A DNA stretch of 64,000 nucleotides. Source: Candidatus Latescibacterota bacterium. GTDB lineage: Bacteria > Latescibacterota > UBA2968. Below, in pieces: positions 29,552-40,053 of this stretch. The translations under genes were made by a program, and so were the position numbers. The stretch spans positions 2,784,001 through 2,848,000 of the forward strand of contig OZ242010.1 in NCBI GenBank assembly GCA_965204745.1, given 5' to 3'. A model generated the notes under the pieces. It was not told the origin of the DNA, made no database searches, and was given only the letters and a program-made list of their open reading frames with translations. Positions within the stretch are counted from its first letter, which is position 1. The number at the start of each line of letters is the position of its first letter.

Positions 29552-30328
29552 CTAATCCAATGCGACGACGTGCCGGCACAGGGTTTTGCCGCGTTCTGAG
29601 AGGGTGTTGTAAAGGGCGCGGGGTATCTCGCCATCTCGTTGGGGCCGGCGAAACCACGGGGCGTAGTACCCCACGCTGGTCATAATGCGGATGTCCCGAG
29701 ACGTGTTGACCGTGCCCCCGTGCCAACAACGCACGTCTCGAATGATGGCCGAATGGGTCCGCACGCAAGCGATAGCGCGTTTCATCCAATCGGGTTCTTC
29801 GTCCAAACTGGGAATGGGATGGCGCGAGCGGTGGGTGCCGCGGATGAAGCGAGTCGCGCCGTTTTCCGCGCTAAAGTCGATCATGGGAAAATTGACCACG
29901 ACAAAAGGCGTTGGCACATCCATGATGGTAACGCGCCCCTCAGGGTCGTTGATCACGTCTGACAGGTCGCGGTGGAGCCGCTGGATTTTCGCGCCGGGTA
30001 GGGAATAATCGCCGCCCGCGCCACTGCATGCGAACAGGGAGCTGTCGAAAATCGCCTCCATAATCGGGAGAATGGTGGGCAGATCGACGAGCATGGCCCA
30101 TTCGGGATGGTGAATCTGCGATCCGAAAGAATAACGCGCAAAGCCCCGGTTGGCCTTTTCCAATGGAATGGCAACGGTTTGCTGTGCGACAACGCGATGC
30201 GCGCCCGCTTTGAGATAGGCGAACTGGGCATCGGTCAGCGCGTTGGCAACGACGACAAAGCCATCGCGGTGAAACAGCGCGGCTGCGCGGTCCGGTTGCG
30301 AGGGGGCAACGAGATCGAGGTCGAGCAT
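29552..30328 (-). CDS. Phytanoyl-CoA dioxygenase (PhyH) family protein
   Basis: FHRDGFVV, QRLHRD, ENGATRFIRGTH, WHGG. Confidence 0.9.
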   Translation of the reverse strand: MLDLDLVAPSQPDRAAALFHRDGFVVVANALTDAQFAYLKAGAHRVVAQQTVAIPLEKANRGFARYSFGSQIHHPEWAMLVDLPTILPIMEAIFDSSLFACSGAGGDYSLPGAKIQRLHRDLSDVINDPEGRVTIMDVPTPFVVVNFPMIDFSAENGATRFIRGTHRSRHPIPSLDEEPDWMKRAIACVRTHSAIIRDVRCWHGGTVNTSRDIRIMTSVGYYAPWFRRPQRDGEIPRALYNTLSERGKTLCRHVVALD

Positions 30329-30363
30329 GGGAACTCCTATGCGAATGGACGAATCAGCGAAGC

Positions 30364-30549
30364 GGGGTACAACTGCGATAGCCGTTCATCTATGAAGAGC
30401 GTCGGGTTTTGCGCCGATAGGCAGGGACCGACCACTGGGGCGGCGGCAGGATTGCCTCCCCTCCCGTCTTACATCTCCCGTCTTACATCTTACGTCTCAC
30501 GTCTTGCCTCTCACTGGTGGATGGGCGAGGGCGGGGGCCACATCCCTAC
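30364..30549. repeat. Cluster of REP-like palindromes and a heptamer array
   Basis: GGGGTACAACTGCGATAGCC; CTCCCGT CTTACAT CTCCCGT CTTACAT CTTACGT CTCACGT; ends in CCCTAC. Confidence 0.7.
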
Positions 30550-30689
30550 ATTCTCACATTTTGATTTTGCGCCGGATATCGCGGATGGTTTCCATCACGG
30601 GCTAAGGGTGTGCCTTACAGTTTCCGTGACGGATGCATCGGATTGCGACACGGAGATTTGATGCCGAAAAACGATTACGCGCAGAAAAC

Positions 30690-30729
30690 AAAAGCCCGGG
30701 TTCTCAGTGAACTCGGGCTTTTATTTTTT
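30690..30729. terminator. Bidirectional intrinsic terminator, probably ending the gatB operon
   Basis: AAAAGCCCGGGTTC-loop-GAACTCGGGCTTTT with T runs on both strands. Confidence 0.75.
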
Positions 30730-30745
30730 TGGCACGCGGTTTGCA
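30730..30745 (+). promoter_or_regulatory. sigma54 (-24/-12) promoter with no downstream CDS
   Basis: TGGCAC-GCGGT-TTGCA with exact consensus spacing. Confidence 0.65.
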
Positions 30746-30934
30746 ATTTGAATCGAGTCCAGCATTTAAGGAGCCATCGCCGAGCCGAACAGGGGGTCGT
30801 TCATCATCGGTGCTCCTCCGCTTGCCGCCATAACAGCATGATGTACGAGCCTGAGTTATGCGAACATCAGACGACCTTTTGGTTGGGGAATGGAACGGCC
30901 TAAACTTTTTTGTAATTATGGGTCATTGCGTTCA

Positions 30935-32368
30935 TTATCCCAATTTCTCCATCAACAGTTGACTCGCTTTCCGGGGGTTGGCTTGCCCGCGGGTGGCTTT
31001 CATGAGTTGGCCCATGAAGAAGCCCATGAGGCGTTTGTCGCCATCTTGGAAGCGTGCGACTTCAGCGGGGTTGTCGGCGATGATCTGGTCGATGACGCCG
31101 TGCAGTTCATCGGCATCGCTGATCTGTACGAGACCCTTTTGCGCGACGATGGAGGCTGGGTCGTCGCCGGTTTTGACCATGTCGTCGAACACGGTTCGAC
31201 CGATGGTGGTGCTGATATCGCCCTTGTCGATCAGCGCGATCAACTCGGCGAGGTGTTGGGGTGAAAGGCGCAAGTCCGCAATGGCGATTTTGCGGTCATT
31301 GAGCACGCGCAAGATGTCGCCTTGGATCCAGTTGGCCGCTTGCCTGCTCCCTGCGCCTGCTGCAACTGTGGCTTCAAAATAATCGGCGATGTCTCGGTCT
31401 GCGGTGAGCACCTCGATCTGATCCGCGGCCATGTCATAAGAGGTGGCAAAGCGCGTGCGTTTGGCGTTTGGCAACTCCGGGATCTGGCTTTGAACGTGTT
31501 CGACCCACGCCTCATCTACGACGACCGGGACGAGGTCCGGATCGGGAAAATAGCGGTAGTCGTCCGATTCCTCTTTGGTCCGCATGGCGCGCAACACATT
31601 GCGGTCCGGATCGTAGAGCATGGTCGCCTGGTCGATCTCGCCGCCGGTTTCGCGCAGGTCGATTTGCCGCTGGATTTCGGATGCGATAGCGCGCTGGCAG
31701 TTGCGAAACGAGTTGACGTTTTTGATCTCGACCTTGGTGCCGAGCCTCGATGCGCCAACGGGCCGAATCGACACATTGGCGTCGATTCGCATGTGGCCCT
31801 TTTCCATATCGCCCTCGGACACGGCCGTGTACACGAGCAGTTGGTGCAGGCCGGTGAGATAGTGAAACGCTTCTTCGGGGGTGGAGAGTTCGGGTTCGCT
31901 CACGATCTCGATGAGGGGCACGCCACAGCGGTTGACGTCGACCATGGACTCGCCCGGTGCGTGGATGCTCTTACCCGCGTCTTCTTCTAGGTGGATGCGC
32001 GTGAGGGGAATGGTCTTTGTCCCGTCGCCGGTGGATATGTCGATGCCGCCGCCGGTTGCCAGCGGCAGTTCTTCATGCGATTGAAATTGCGAAATCTGAT
32101 ACCCCTTGGGCAGGTCGGGATAAAAGTAGTTTTTTCGCAAAAACCGACTGCGCGGCTGGATGGTGCAACCCGCGGCCAGGGCGATCCGCATCGCCAGATC
32201 GACTGCGTTTTGGTTGAGCACGGGCAACGCGCCCGGCAAGCCCAAGCAGACCGGGCAGACGTGGGTGTTGGGATCGCCGCCAAATTCCGCGCTGCACCCG
32301 CAGAAAATTTTGGTGGTGGTCGCCAGTTGGGCGTGGACTTCCAAGCCGATGACGGGTTCGTAGATCAT
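30935..32368 (-). CDS. gatB: Asp/Glu-tRNA amidotransferase subunit B
   Basis: [53 protein letters not shown]. Confidence 0.97.
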   Translation of the reverse strand: MIYEPVIGLEVHAQLATTTKIFCGCSAEFGGDPNTHVCPVCLGLPGALPVLNQNAVDLAMRIALAAGCTIQPRSRFLRKNYFYPDLPKGYQISQFQSHEELPLATGGGIDISTGDGTKTIPLTRIHLEEDAGKSIHAPGESMVDVNRCGVPLIEIVSEPELSTPEEAFHYLTGLHQLLVYTAVSEGDMEKGHMRIDANVSIRPVGASRLGTKVEIKNVNSFRNCQRAIASEIQRQIDLRETGGEIDQATMLYDPDRNVLRAMRTKEESDDYRYFPDPDLVPVVVDEAWVEHVQSQIPELPNAKRTRFATSYDMAADQIEVLTADRDIADYFEATVAAGAGSRQAANWIQGDILRVLNDRKIAIADLRLSPQHLAELIALIDKGDISTTIGRTVFDDMVKTGDDPASIVAQKGLVQISDADELHGVIDQIIADNPAEVARFQDGDKRLMGFFMGQLMKATRGQANPRKASQLLMEKLG

Positions 32369-33813
32369 GCCAATTCTCTTTCGACAACCGCGGCGGCGCG
32401 CAAAATGGTTTCCTCGGCAAAGGCATCGCCGAGCAGTTGCAAGCCGATGGGCAAGCCCGCGGGGGAAGTCCCACACGGGACTGAAATGCCGGGAATGCCC
32501 GCGAGATTGACGGACACCGTGTAAATATCGGAGAGGTACATCTGGAGGGGATCGCGGAGTTTTTCGCCTAACTCGAAGGCCGGGGTGGGCGATACGGGCG
32601 ACGCGATCAAATCGCAGGTCTCAAACGCGCTGGCAAAATCCCGGCGGATGAGGGTGCGGGCCTGCTGTGCTTTGCGGTAATACGCATCGTAGTATCCCGC
32701 GCTGAGGGCGTACGTCCCCAGCATGACGCGCCGCTTGACTTCCGCGCCAAAGCCCTGACTGCGCGTTTGGATGTACATGTCGATCAGGTTTTCCGCGTCT
32801 GCGCGAAACCCGTATTTCACCCCGTCGTAACGCGACAGATTGGACGAGGCTTCGGCTGTGGCGACGACGTAGTACGCGGCGATGGCATAGGCGGGATGCC
32901 CGGCGATGGGCAGGGAAATTTCGCGGATGTACGCGCCATTTTTCTCGAGAATTTCGACGCCGCGCATGACGGCCCGGCGGACATCGGGTTGCAGACCCTC
33001 GGCGAAAAATTCTTTTGGCAATCCGATGGCGAGGCCCTCGACGCCGCGTCGACACGCCGAGGGATAATCGGGCACCGGCACGCGAGCAGCCGTGGAATCC
33101 CGGGGGTCGTGCCCGGCAATGACGCGGAGCAGGAGGGCGGCATCTTCGACCGTGCGCGCAACCGGGCCGATTTGGTCGAGCGACGACGCGTATGCGATGA
33201 GGCCGTACCGAGAGACGCGCCCGTACGTGGGCTTGAGCCCGACCACGCCGCAAAAGGATGCGGGCAAGCGGATGGAGCCGCCGGTGTCGGATCCCAAGGT
33301 CATAAACGCCTGACCCGCCGCGACGGCCGCCGCAGATCCACCGCTGGATCCCCCGGCCACGCGGGTCGGGTCGTGCGGATTTTTGACCGCGCCAAAATGG
33401 GAGTTTTCGCTGGAAGAGCCCATGGCAAATTCATCCATGTTGAGTTTGCCCAAGATGATGGCATCGGCTCGGCGCAGGCGGGAGACAGCGGTCGCGTCGT
33501 AAGGGGGGATGAACTGGGCGAGGATTTTTGAAGCGCAGGTCGTGCGGAGCCCTTGCGTACACAAGGTGTCTTTCAGGGCGATGGGGATGCCGGCGAGTGG
33601 GCCTAATGGCACGGCGTCAGCGGCTTTTTGATCGACGGCGTCAGCGGCTTTCAGCGCGCCTTCTCCATCGAGGGTGATGAATGCGTTGAGGTCTGTGCGG
33701 CGGATGTGCGCGAGGGTTTTTTGTGCGATGTCGCGGGCCGTGTGCGAACCCGTGCGAATGCCGTCTATAAGCCCCCGCGCGGTTTGTGCGGGAAAAACAG
33801 CGTCGTCAGGCAC
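32365..33813 (-). CDS. gatA: Asp/Glu-tRNA amidotransferase subunit A
   Basis: [39 protein letters not shown]. Confidence 0.97.
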   Translation of the reverse strand: MPDDAVFPAQTARGLIDGIRTGSHTARDIAQKTLAHIRRTDLNAFITLDGEGALKAADAVDQKAADAVPLGPLAGIPIALKDTLCTQGLRTTCASKILAQFIPPYDATAVSRLRRADAIILGKLNMDEFAMGSSSENSHFGAVKNPHDPTRVAGGSSGGSAAAVAAGQAFMTLGSDTGGSIRLPASFCGVVGLKPTYGRVSRYGLIAYASSLDQIGPVARTVEDAALLLRVIAGHDPRDSTAARVPVPDYPSACRRGVEGLAIGLPKEFFAEGLQPDVRRAVMRGVEILEKNGAYIREISLPIAGHPAYAIAAYYVVATAEASSNLSRYDGVKYGFRADAENLIDMYIQTRSQGFGAEVKRRVMLGTYALSAGYYDAYYRKAQQARTLIRRDFASAFETCDLIASPVSPTPAFELGEKLRDPLQMYLSDIYTVSVNLAGIPGISVPCGTSPAGLPIGLQLLGDAFAEETILRAAAVVERELA

Positions 33814-33825
33814 CCTGCCTCCAGA

Positions 33826-34053
33826 TTACGATTTTGTGGTGGTGTCCGATGGCGTCTGTGTGGCTTGTTGATCGGACGTCGACGTCGCATTGACGTTGTT
33901 CTCAATCTCGGTCTGCACGTCTCTGACGCCGCGCTTAAATTCGGTGATGCCCTTGCCCAGAGATTGGGCAATTTCGGGAATGCGTTTCGCGCCGAAGACC
34001 AACAGGACGACGATCAGAATCATCACGATTTCCCACGGTCCCATGCCGAACAT
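33826..34053 (-). CDS. tatA: Twin-arginine translocase TatA/E
   Basis: GPWEIVMILIVVLLVFGAKRIPEIAQSLGKGITEFK. Confidence 0.95.
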   Translation of the reverse strand: MFGMGPWEIVMILIVVLLVFGAKRIPEIAQSLGKGITEFKRGVRDVQTEIENNVNATSTSDQQATQTPSDTTTKS

Positions 34054-34073
34054 AGTACACCTCCAGAAATGAG

Positions 34074-34352
34074 TTAATAGGAATACTTGACGTAGTACCA
34101 GGCAACGCCGATACCGAGAAAGCTCAACACGTTGAAGTCGAGCGAAAAGCCAAAGGTGAGGGTCATAATGATCAAATTCAACCGGATGGGGTAGAACTCG
34201 TAAGCGTACGAATTGACCAGCACTTTTTCGACCACGTTGTTTTGTAGGCCCAGGCTGTCAAAAACCACGGCCAATATCTCGCCGACCACGCTGCCGGCGA
34301 GGATGCCGATCGCGATTGCAACGATGAGAACCCCCAGATTTTTTTGCCTCAT
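34074..34352 (-). CDS. DUF4321-like small membrane protein
   Basis: IGILAGSVVGEIL...LNLIIMTLTFGFSLDFNVLS. Confidence 0.7.
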   Translation of the reverse strand: MRQKNLGVLIVAIAIGILAGSVVGEILAVVFDSLGLQNNVVEKVLVNSYAYEFYPIRLNLIIMTLTFGFSLDFNVLSFLGIGVAWYYVKYSY

Positions 34353-34377
34353 AACAACCCTTTCGGGACAGCGAATT

Positions 34378-35109
34378 TCAGTCTTTCACGTCGGCCACTT
34401 CGCGGTCCGCGATGAGGCAGTAGAACCACCTGAGCATGCCGGCCAAAGAGATGGCGAGCGCGAGCGGGAAAAACACTTCGTACGTGTAGAAAACCATGAG
34501 CACCATCACGCAGAACAGGCCGATCAGGCAGAGGCGGTGGCGCGTGGTTTCGATAGACAAGCGCGGAAATGCGGGGTATTCGATGGTGCTGACCATGAGA
34601 AATGAGAGCATGATGCACAGGCCAATGGCGATGAGCGGCTCGTGCGCGTCGCTTTGCCACACCCGTTCCGTGAACAGGATGTACGCGGCTAGGGTACTCG
34701 CTGCCGTGGGGATGGGAAGGCCCGTGAAATTGTCTTTGTCAAAGCCCTTTAAGTGCGCGTTGAAACGCGCCAAGCGCAGCGCGCCGCACAACAGAAAGAG
34801 AAAACAGATCGCAAACGGCAACCAAAAAATGACCAGCAGGGCGTCGAAGTAGTAGAGCATGAGCAGGGCCGGGGCCACGCCAAAGGAGCAGACATCCACG
34901 ATAGAATCGAACTGAACCCCAAAGGTGCTGGACGTGTGAAAGTAGCGCGCGATTTTTCCATCGCACGCGTCGAGCAAGCCGGCGATCACGATGAGGAGTG
35001 CCGCGCCGAGAAAACGCCCGTTCACAGCGTAGTACATCGACAAAAATCCGCAAAACAAACTGCTGATGGTGAACAAGTTGGGCAGGGCTACTTTGGCATT
35101 CATTGGCAT
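34378..35109 (-). CDS. pssA: CDP-diacylglycerol--serine O-phosphatidyltransferase
   Basis: LPNLFT, DACDGKIAR, FGVQFDSIVDVCSFGVAP, LRLARFN, FTGLPIP. Confidence 0.93.
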   Translation of the reverse strand: MPMNAKVALPNLFTISSLFCGFLSMYYAVNGRFLGAALLIVIAGLLDACDGKIARYFHTSSTFGVQFDSIVDVCSFGVAPALLMLYYFDALLVIFWLPFAICFLFLLCGALRLARFNAHLKGFDKDNFTGLPIPTAASTLAAYILFTERVWQSDAHEPLIAIGLCIMLSFLMVSTIEYPAFPRLSIETTRHRLCLIGLFCVMVLMVFYTYEVFFPLALAISLAGMLRWFYCLIADREVADVKD

Positions 35110-35122
35110 GCCTCCGGTGGGG

Positions 35123-36232
35123 TTACTCGTTGCGCGGGTCCGCTTCTAGGACGAGTTGGGCGTCGAAAACGCGGTGTCGAGGGCGCAAAATTTTGAGGTG
35201 AAAGGTATCGCCGACAGCCGCGTACCGAAACGCATCGACGACCTGGTCCGCGCTGTTGGCATTTTGGCGGTTGACCATCACGATCACGTCGCCGGGTATC
35301 AACCCCGCGCTTTCGCCCGGGCTTAGGGGATCGACGACGGTGATCAGCGCGCCTTTTATGGTGGGAACGCCCAGCGTGCGCGCAATATACGGGTTGATGT
35401 TGTGAATGTCCAGCCCGGTCCAGAACTCGCGGCTGCCCTGATCGATGAGTTGACACGCCACTTCTATCGCGCGGTCGATGGGCACGGCAAAGCCGATGCC
35501 CAAGGAGCCGCCCTGTGAAAAGATGAATGAATTGACGCCGATGACTTGGCCGAGGCTGTTCACCAAAGGGCCGCCGCTGTTGCCCGGGTTGATCGAAGCG
35601 TCGGTTTGAATCAGGCCCTTGTGGGCGCGCGCGTTTTGCTCGGGGCGGACGATGCGATCTATCGCGCTGATAACGCCGACTGTGGCGGTGGGGTTGAGGT
35701 CTTCAAAGTGCAACCCAAAGGGATTGCCGAGCGCGATGGCCCATTCGCCGATGATGACGCTTTCCGAGGTGCCCATCTGCGGGACGTAGAGGCTATCCGC
35801 GTCGATTTGCACGACTGCGAGGTCCCATTGCCGGTCGATAAAAACGTCGAGCACGTCGAAGCGACGACCATCTGGAAAGGTGACGAAAATTTCCTGCGCG
35901 CCATCTACGACGTGGCTGCTGGTCAAGATGTAGCCATCGGCTTGAATCACAACCCCGGATCCAATGCCGGGGATGCGCTGCATGTCGGAATAGGGATCAA
36001 AGGGTTCAAAAAACCGGTCGGGATAGCGGGGATACGACCGGTCATAGACGGTATTGATGCTGACGACTGCGGGCGCGGCGTGTTCAATGGCTTGCACTAT
36101 GGCATTGCGGCGCGAAGTCTCGATGCTTTCACTGCGCGTGTTGGGCAAGGGCCGGTTGAGCATGGGAAAGATCCCCAGGCCGATGACTATGCCCAATGAC
36201 AAAATCAGCAGGGTGCGTTTCACGGCACTCAT
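35123..36232 (-). CDS. HtrA/DegQ-like serine protease with one PDZ domain
   Basis: GSGVVI, SHVV, DLAVV, IQTDASINPGNSGGPL. Confidence 0.93.
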   Translation of the reverse strand: MSAVKRTLLILSLGIVIGLGIFPMLNRPLPNTRSESIETSRRNAIVQAIEHAAPAVVSINTVYDRSYPRYPDRFFEPFDPYSDMQRIPGIGSGVVIQADGYILTSSHVVDGAQEIFVTFPDGRRFDVLDVFIDRQWDLAVVQIDADSLYVPQMGTSESVIIGEWAIALGNPFGLHFEDLNPTATVGVISAIDRIVRPEQNARAHKGLIQTDASINPGNSGGPLVNSLGQVIGVNSFIFSQGGSLGIGFAVPIDRAIEVACQLIDQGSREFWTGLDIHNINPYIARTLGVPTIKGALITVVDPLSPGESAGLIPGDVIVMVNRQNANSADQVVDAFRYAAVGDTFHLKILRPRHRVFDAQLVLEADPRNE

Positions 36233-36974
36233 CCTCGCGGAGGTCATCGCGGTAAATCACCCGTTCGAGAAACAAGCCCTGGGGCGGCGCGGATTCCCCG
36301 GCACTTTGGCGGTCGCGTGCGCGGAGAATATCGCGCATGGCTTCTGGGGATCGCGCCCCGCGGCCTATCTCGGCGAGCGTGCCCACGATGCTTCGCACCA
36401 TCGCGCGCAAGAAGCGGTCGCCGGAAATGCGAAACGTGAGCTCGTCGCCGCGCTGTTGCCAATCGCAAGCGTAAATTCGACAGACGCGATTTTCCCGTTC
36501 GTGCGCCGCCACGCAAAAAGATGTGAAGTCGTGCCGACCGATGAGCATGTGACTCGCCCGTTTTATTGCGCCGAGATCGAGTTGGCGGCGCGCGTACCAC
36601 GCATAGTGCCGACCAATGGGCCGTTTGGTATAACGGATGCGGTAAAAATAATGCCGGCGCCGGGCATCGAAACGCGCGTGAAAGTCGGGCGATGCGCTAT
36701 CGGCGCGGTTGACGGCGACATCCGGGGGCAACATGCCATTGAGGGCGTGTTGCAAGCGGTCGAGTGGCATATCTCGCGTGGGCGCGAAGTTGACGACCTG
36801 CCCGAGGGCGTGAACGCCCGCATCGGTGCGCCCAGACGCCGTGACCGAAATCGGCGCGCCGTAGAGCCGCTGGAGCCGCGCTTCGAGTTCTCCTTGAACC
36901 GTGCGCTGGCGGGGCTGAATTTGCCAGCCCTTAAAGTCCGTGCCATCGTATTCGAGGGTCAGGCGAATTTGCAT
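36129..36974 (-). CDS. truA: tRNA pseudouridine(38-40) synthase
   Basis: YDGTDFKGWQ, GRTDAGVHALGQV, FHARFDA, FLRAMVR, APPQGLFL. Confidence 0.95.
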   Translation of the reverse strand: MQIRLTLEYDGTDFKGWQIQPRQRTVQGELEARLQRLYGAPISVTASGRTDAGVHALGQVVNFAPTRDMPLDRLQHALNGMLPPDVAVNRADSASPDFHARFDARRRHYFYRIRYTKRPIGRHYAWYARRQLDLGAIKRASHMLIGRHDFTSFCVAAHERENRVCRIYACDWQQRGDELTFRISGDRFLRAMVRSIVGTLAEIGRGARSPEAMRDILRARDRQSAGESAPPQGLFLERVIYRDDLREDECRETHPADFVIGHSHRPGDLSHAQPALAQHAQ

Positions 36975-37031
36975 GATAGGGCCTGCGCCAAATCCCAACT
37001 TCCACGAGATCATACTCCAAACCGCTCGAAA

Positions 37032-37060
37032 AATATACCATCTCACATGGGGAAAGTCAA
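37032..37060 (-). promoter_or_regulatory. sigma70-type promoter of the truA...gatB operon
   Basis: TTGACT-N17-TATATT with extended -10 TG. Confidence 0.7.
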
Positions 37061-37232
37061 TGACGAAAAGGGGAACGTTTTTTGCCGGTGGGTGAACGAT
37101 TCGTTCCCCCCAAAGCCATCTTATCGGAGAGCGGAGAGGTTCTGTCGTAGGGCGTTTGAACGGGCGTTGTACCCCGCTCGTGCCTTTCATCAGGGAGGAA
37201 TGAGGAATAGACATTCCATAGAGATCAGGCGG

Positions 37233-37530
37233 TGCTTGTCTCAAGCGTTTGGTTCTGCATCCTTGTTGGTTGCCTTCGATGCCTTCGGCGACCTACTTTT
37301 TTTCAACAGCAAAAAAAAGTAGGCAAAAAATGCCGCTCTCAAACGCCGAGGGGCTTGCACAGCGCAAATCGCTTTGGTAACAGAACGACATGCGCCAGCC
37401 TGCTAAGAGGGTTGCAAAATGAATGTTGGTTGCGAGACGGACTTACGCGCTGTGCGTGATGGCTTTAGCTGATGGTCTTTTGCGATGGCATTTTTGCAAT
37501 GACTTCTCTGAATGGTTGCGGAACGTCAAG
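37233..37530. repeat. MITE-like dispersed repeat, copy lacking the terminus
   Basis: Colinear with 50607-50960 and 53205-53562; contains the CCTACTTTTTTTCAACAGCAAAAAAAAGTAGG hairpin. Confidence 0.9.
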
Positions 37531-37618
37531 GGGATCGCTCGCTGTCAGCATACCGCATCACATGAGGTCAACAGAAAATCAATTTAGCATAACGGACCGA
37601 GGAGTAGGTTCCGATAAA

Positions 37619-37633
37619 TGGCACAAAAATTGC
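37619..37633 (+). promoter_or_regulatory. sigma54 (-24/-12) promoter upstream of comEC
   Basis: TGGCAC-AAAAA-TTGC, 30 bp before the ATG. Confidence 0.65.
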
Positions 37634-37663
37634 CACAGTACGGGTCGGGGGAAAGGAGAAGGT

Positions 37664-40021
37664 ATGAGAAGACCCGCATTGTGGACTGCGCTGTTCTTTG
37701 CATTGGGCATCGGCTTGCACGGGTATGTAGGGGAATTGCAGATCGCTTTGGTGCTCGGCGCGGTTGTCCTCGTCGGGCTTTGTGGCATGGGGTTCTGGTT
37801 GCGCTGGCACGCGAGAAATCTGAGCGTCCTGTTCGCGGGCGTGCTCGTGCTGATCGGCGCGTTGCGCGGGGCGCAAAGCCTGGAGCGCGACGCGGATCAC
37901 TTCGTGCTGTTTTTGCCGGACCGCGCATTCGTGGAAGCCGAGGGCTTTGTCGCGTCTGAACCCGAGCGCATCAAGGGCGATTATCGCGTCGTGTTTGACG
38001 TGCGCCAACTCGCGGTTGAAGACGCGGTGCATGCGGTCAGCGGCAAGGCCCTCATCCGATTTCGGGCCGGGACCGCGGTGCCCGCGTACCGGGATTGGAT
38101 GCGGTTGCAGGTGCAACTCTATCAACCGAGCCAGCCGCGCAACCCGGGCGCGTTTGACTATCGGGCATTTTTGCAGCGCAGGGGCTTGGATGCTTTGGGC
38201 ACGGTGCGAAAGCGGTCGCAAATCCTCGCGCATCGAGAAGGCGCGGACGACTGGTGGGCGCGGATCATTCTGCCGGTGAGAGGCGTTATCCGCGGCGCGA
38301 TTGAACAAAATCTTTCCGGTGGGCCGGCTGGGCTTTTGAAGGGCGTGTTGTTGGGCGCGAAAAAGGCCGTGCCCGAAGAGGTCAAGACCGCGTTCGCACA
38401 AACTGGGGTCAATCACGTCTTGGCGGTGTCCGGGCTGCACGTCGGGCTGATTGCAGGCGCGGTGTTTTTCATGCTGAAAATGCTCGGGGTCAGACGAGGG
38501 ATTACCGCGGGGTTGACGATTTGCGCGCTGGTGTTTTACGCGCTCATCACCGGGTTGCCCCCGTCTGTGGTGCGTGCCGCGACAATGGGTTGCGTGGCAT
38601 TGCTGGGCATCGTGGGGCAGCGCGATATCGATGGCGGCAATATCTTGGGCATCGCGGGGTTGGGCTTGCTGATCGCCCGGCCGCAGGATTTGTTCGACGT
38701 GGGGTTTCAACTGTCATTCGTCGCCACGGGTGGCATCTTGGTGCTCTATCGGCCCTTGCGCGATCTCATGCCGGTCGAGAGGGGATGGTGCGATACGTGG
38801 ATCGCTGGGCCCTTGGCGGTTTCGGTCGCCGCGCAAGTGACGACCCTGCCCTTTGTGGTGTCGTATTTTGGGTTGGTGTCGGTCGTCGGCCTGATCGCCA
38901 ATTTGATCGTCGTGCCTCTGGTCGGTGTCGGCGTCGGCTTGGGCCTGCTGACGGTGGTGGCGTTTGTCGTGTGGTCGCCGATAGCGACGGTCTTGAACGC
39001 CGCGAACTGGCTCGTTTTGAGCAGTGCGATTGGGCTTGCGAACTGGATGGCGCGGCCCGATTGGGCGGCGTTTGAGGTCGCGCGGCCGCCGTGGTTTGTC
39101 TTTGGCGTGTACCTGTCCCTGGTGCCCCTGATTTTGCCGCAGGTCAGACGGGTTTGCAGCGCGTATTGTCTCATCCTCGCCCTGGTTCTGGCAAATATCG
39201 GGGTTTGGAAAACTATCTTACTTTCGGGGTCGGCCCTCGAAGTCTATGTCCTCGACGTGGGTCAGGGGGATGCGATTTTTTGCCGGTATCCAAATGGGCG
39301 AACCCTGCTGGTCGATGGCGGCATTCGCACGCACTATACGGACATGGGCGAGCGCGTGGTGTTGCCATTTCTCAACAGTCAGGGGGTTGGACATGTGGAT
39401 GTCGTGGTGGGGTCGCACCCGGATGCGGATCACATCGGCGGGCTGATTTCCGTGTTGGAAGAGGTGTCGGTCGGGCATTATCTCGATTCGGGGCAACACG
39501 TCGAAACGGTTACCGGCAAGCGGCTTTTGGAGGTCGTCAAGGCAAAGGGCATCGCGTATCACGCAGTCGCCGCGGGGGACAGTCTGATAGGGCTTGGCGG
39601 GTTGGTGCTCCATCCGACACCGGATTATGTGTCCGATTCAGGGCCGGCGCCCGAGGGCGAGAATAATGGGTCGGTCGTCATTCGCATCGTGCATCGCGGC
39701 GCCACGCTGTTGCTGACAGGCGATATTGAACGCGAGACAGATGGCGACATGGCGCGCTGGGGCCATCGCTTGCGCGCAGACATTCTCAAGGCCGCGCACC
39801 ATGGCTCGCGCACGTCCTCAACCCGCGCATTTCTCGATGCGGTCGATCCCAAGGTGGCGGCGATTTCGTGCGGGGTGAACAATAAGTTTCGGCATCCCTC
39901 GCCGGAGGTGATTGCGCGCTTTCGAAAGATGGGCATACAAATTTGGCGCACCGATCAGTCGGGTGCTATTGCGATGAAGCTAGATGGGGGGCGGATCGAT
40001 GTCGTGCCGTGGATAAAATAA
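37664..40021 (+). CDS. comEC: DNA uptake protein ComEC/Rec2
   Basis: RNPGAFDY, HVLAVSGLHVG, GFQLSF, LDVGQGDA, SHPDADHIGG, AHHGSRTSS. Confidence 0.96.
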   Translation: MRRPALWTALFFALGIGLHGYVGELQIALVLGAVVLVGLCGMGFWLRWHARNLSVLFAGVLVLIGALRGAQSLERDADHFVLFLPDRAFVEAEGFVASEPERIKGDYRVVFDVRQLAVEDAVHAVSGKALIRFRAGTAVPAYRDWMRLQVQLYQPSQPRNPGAFDYRAFLQRRGLDALGTVRKRSQILAHREGADDWWARIILPVRGVIRGAIEQNLSGGPAGLLKGVLLGAKKAVPEEVKTAFAQTGVNHVLAVSGLHVGLIAGAVFFMLKMLGVRRGITAGLTICALVFYALITGLPPSVVRAATMGCVALLGIVGQRDIDGGNILGIAGLGLLIARPQDLFDVGFQLSFVATGGILVLYRPLRDLMPVERGWCDTWIAGPLAVSVAAQVTTLPFVVSYFGLVSVVGLIANLIVVPLVGVGVGLGLLTVVAFVVWSPIATVLNAANWLVLSSAIGLANWMARPDWAAFEVARPPWFVFGVYLSLVPLILPQVRRVCSAYCLILALVLANIGVWKTILLSGSALEVYVLDVGQGDAIFCRYPNGRTLLVDGGIRTHYTDMGERVVLPFLNSQGVGHVDVVVGSHPDADHIGGLISVLEEVSVGHYLDSGQHVETVTGKRLLEVVKAKGIAYHAVAAGDSLIGLGGLVLHPTPDYVSDSGPAPEGENNGSVVIRIVHRGATLLLTGDIERETDGDMARWGHRLRADILKAAHHGSRTSSTRAFLDAVDPKVAAISCGVNNKFRHPSPEVIARFRKMGIQIWRTDQSGAIAMKLDGGRIDVVPWIK

Positions 40022-40051
40022 AAAAAGCGACCCGATTGGATCGCTTTTTTT
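40020..40051. terminator. Bidirectional intrinsic terminator between comEC and 6S RNA
   Basis: AAAAAAAGCGACCCGATTGGATCGCTTTTTTT. Confidence 0.85.
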
Positions 40052-40053
40052 GG

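Noticed and set aside
32365-34053. Absence of gatC next to gatA-gatB
   Set aside because: gatC is often encoded elsewhere; this cannot be judged from one window.
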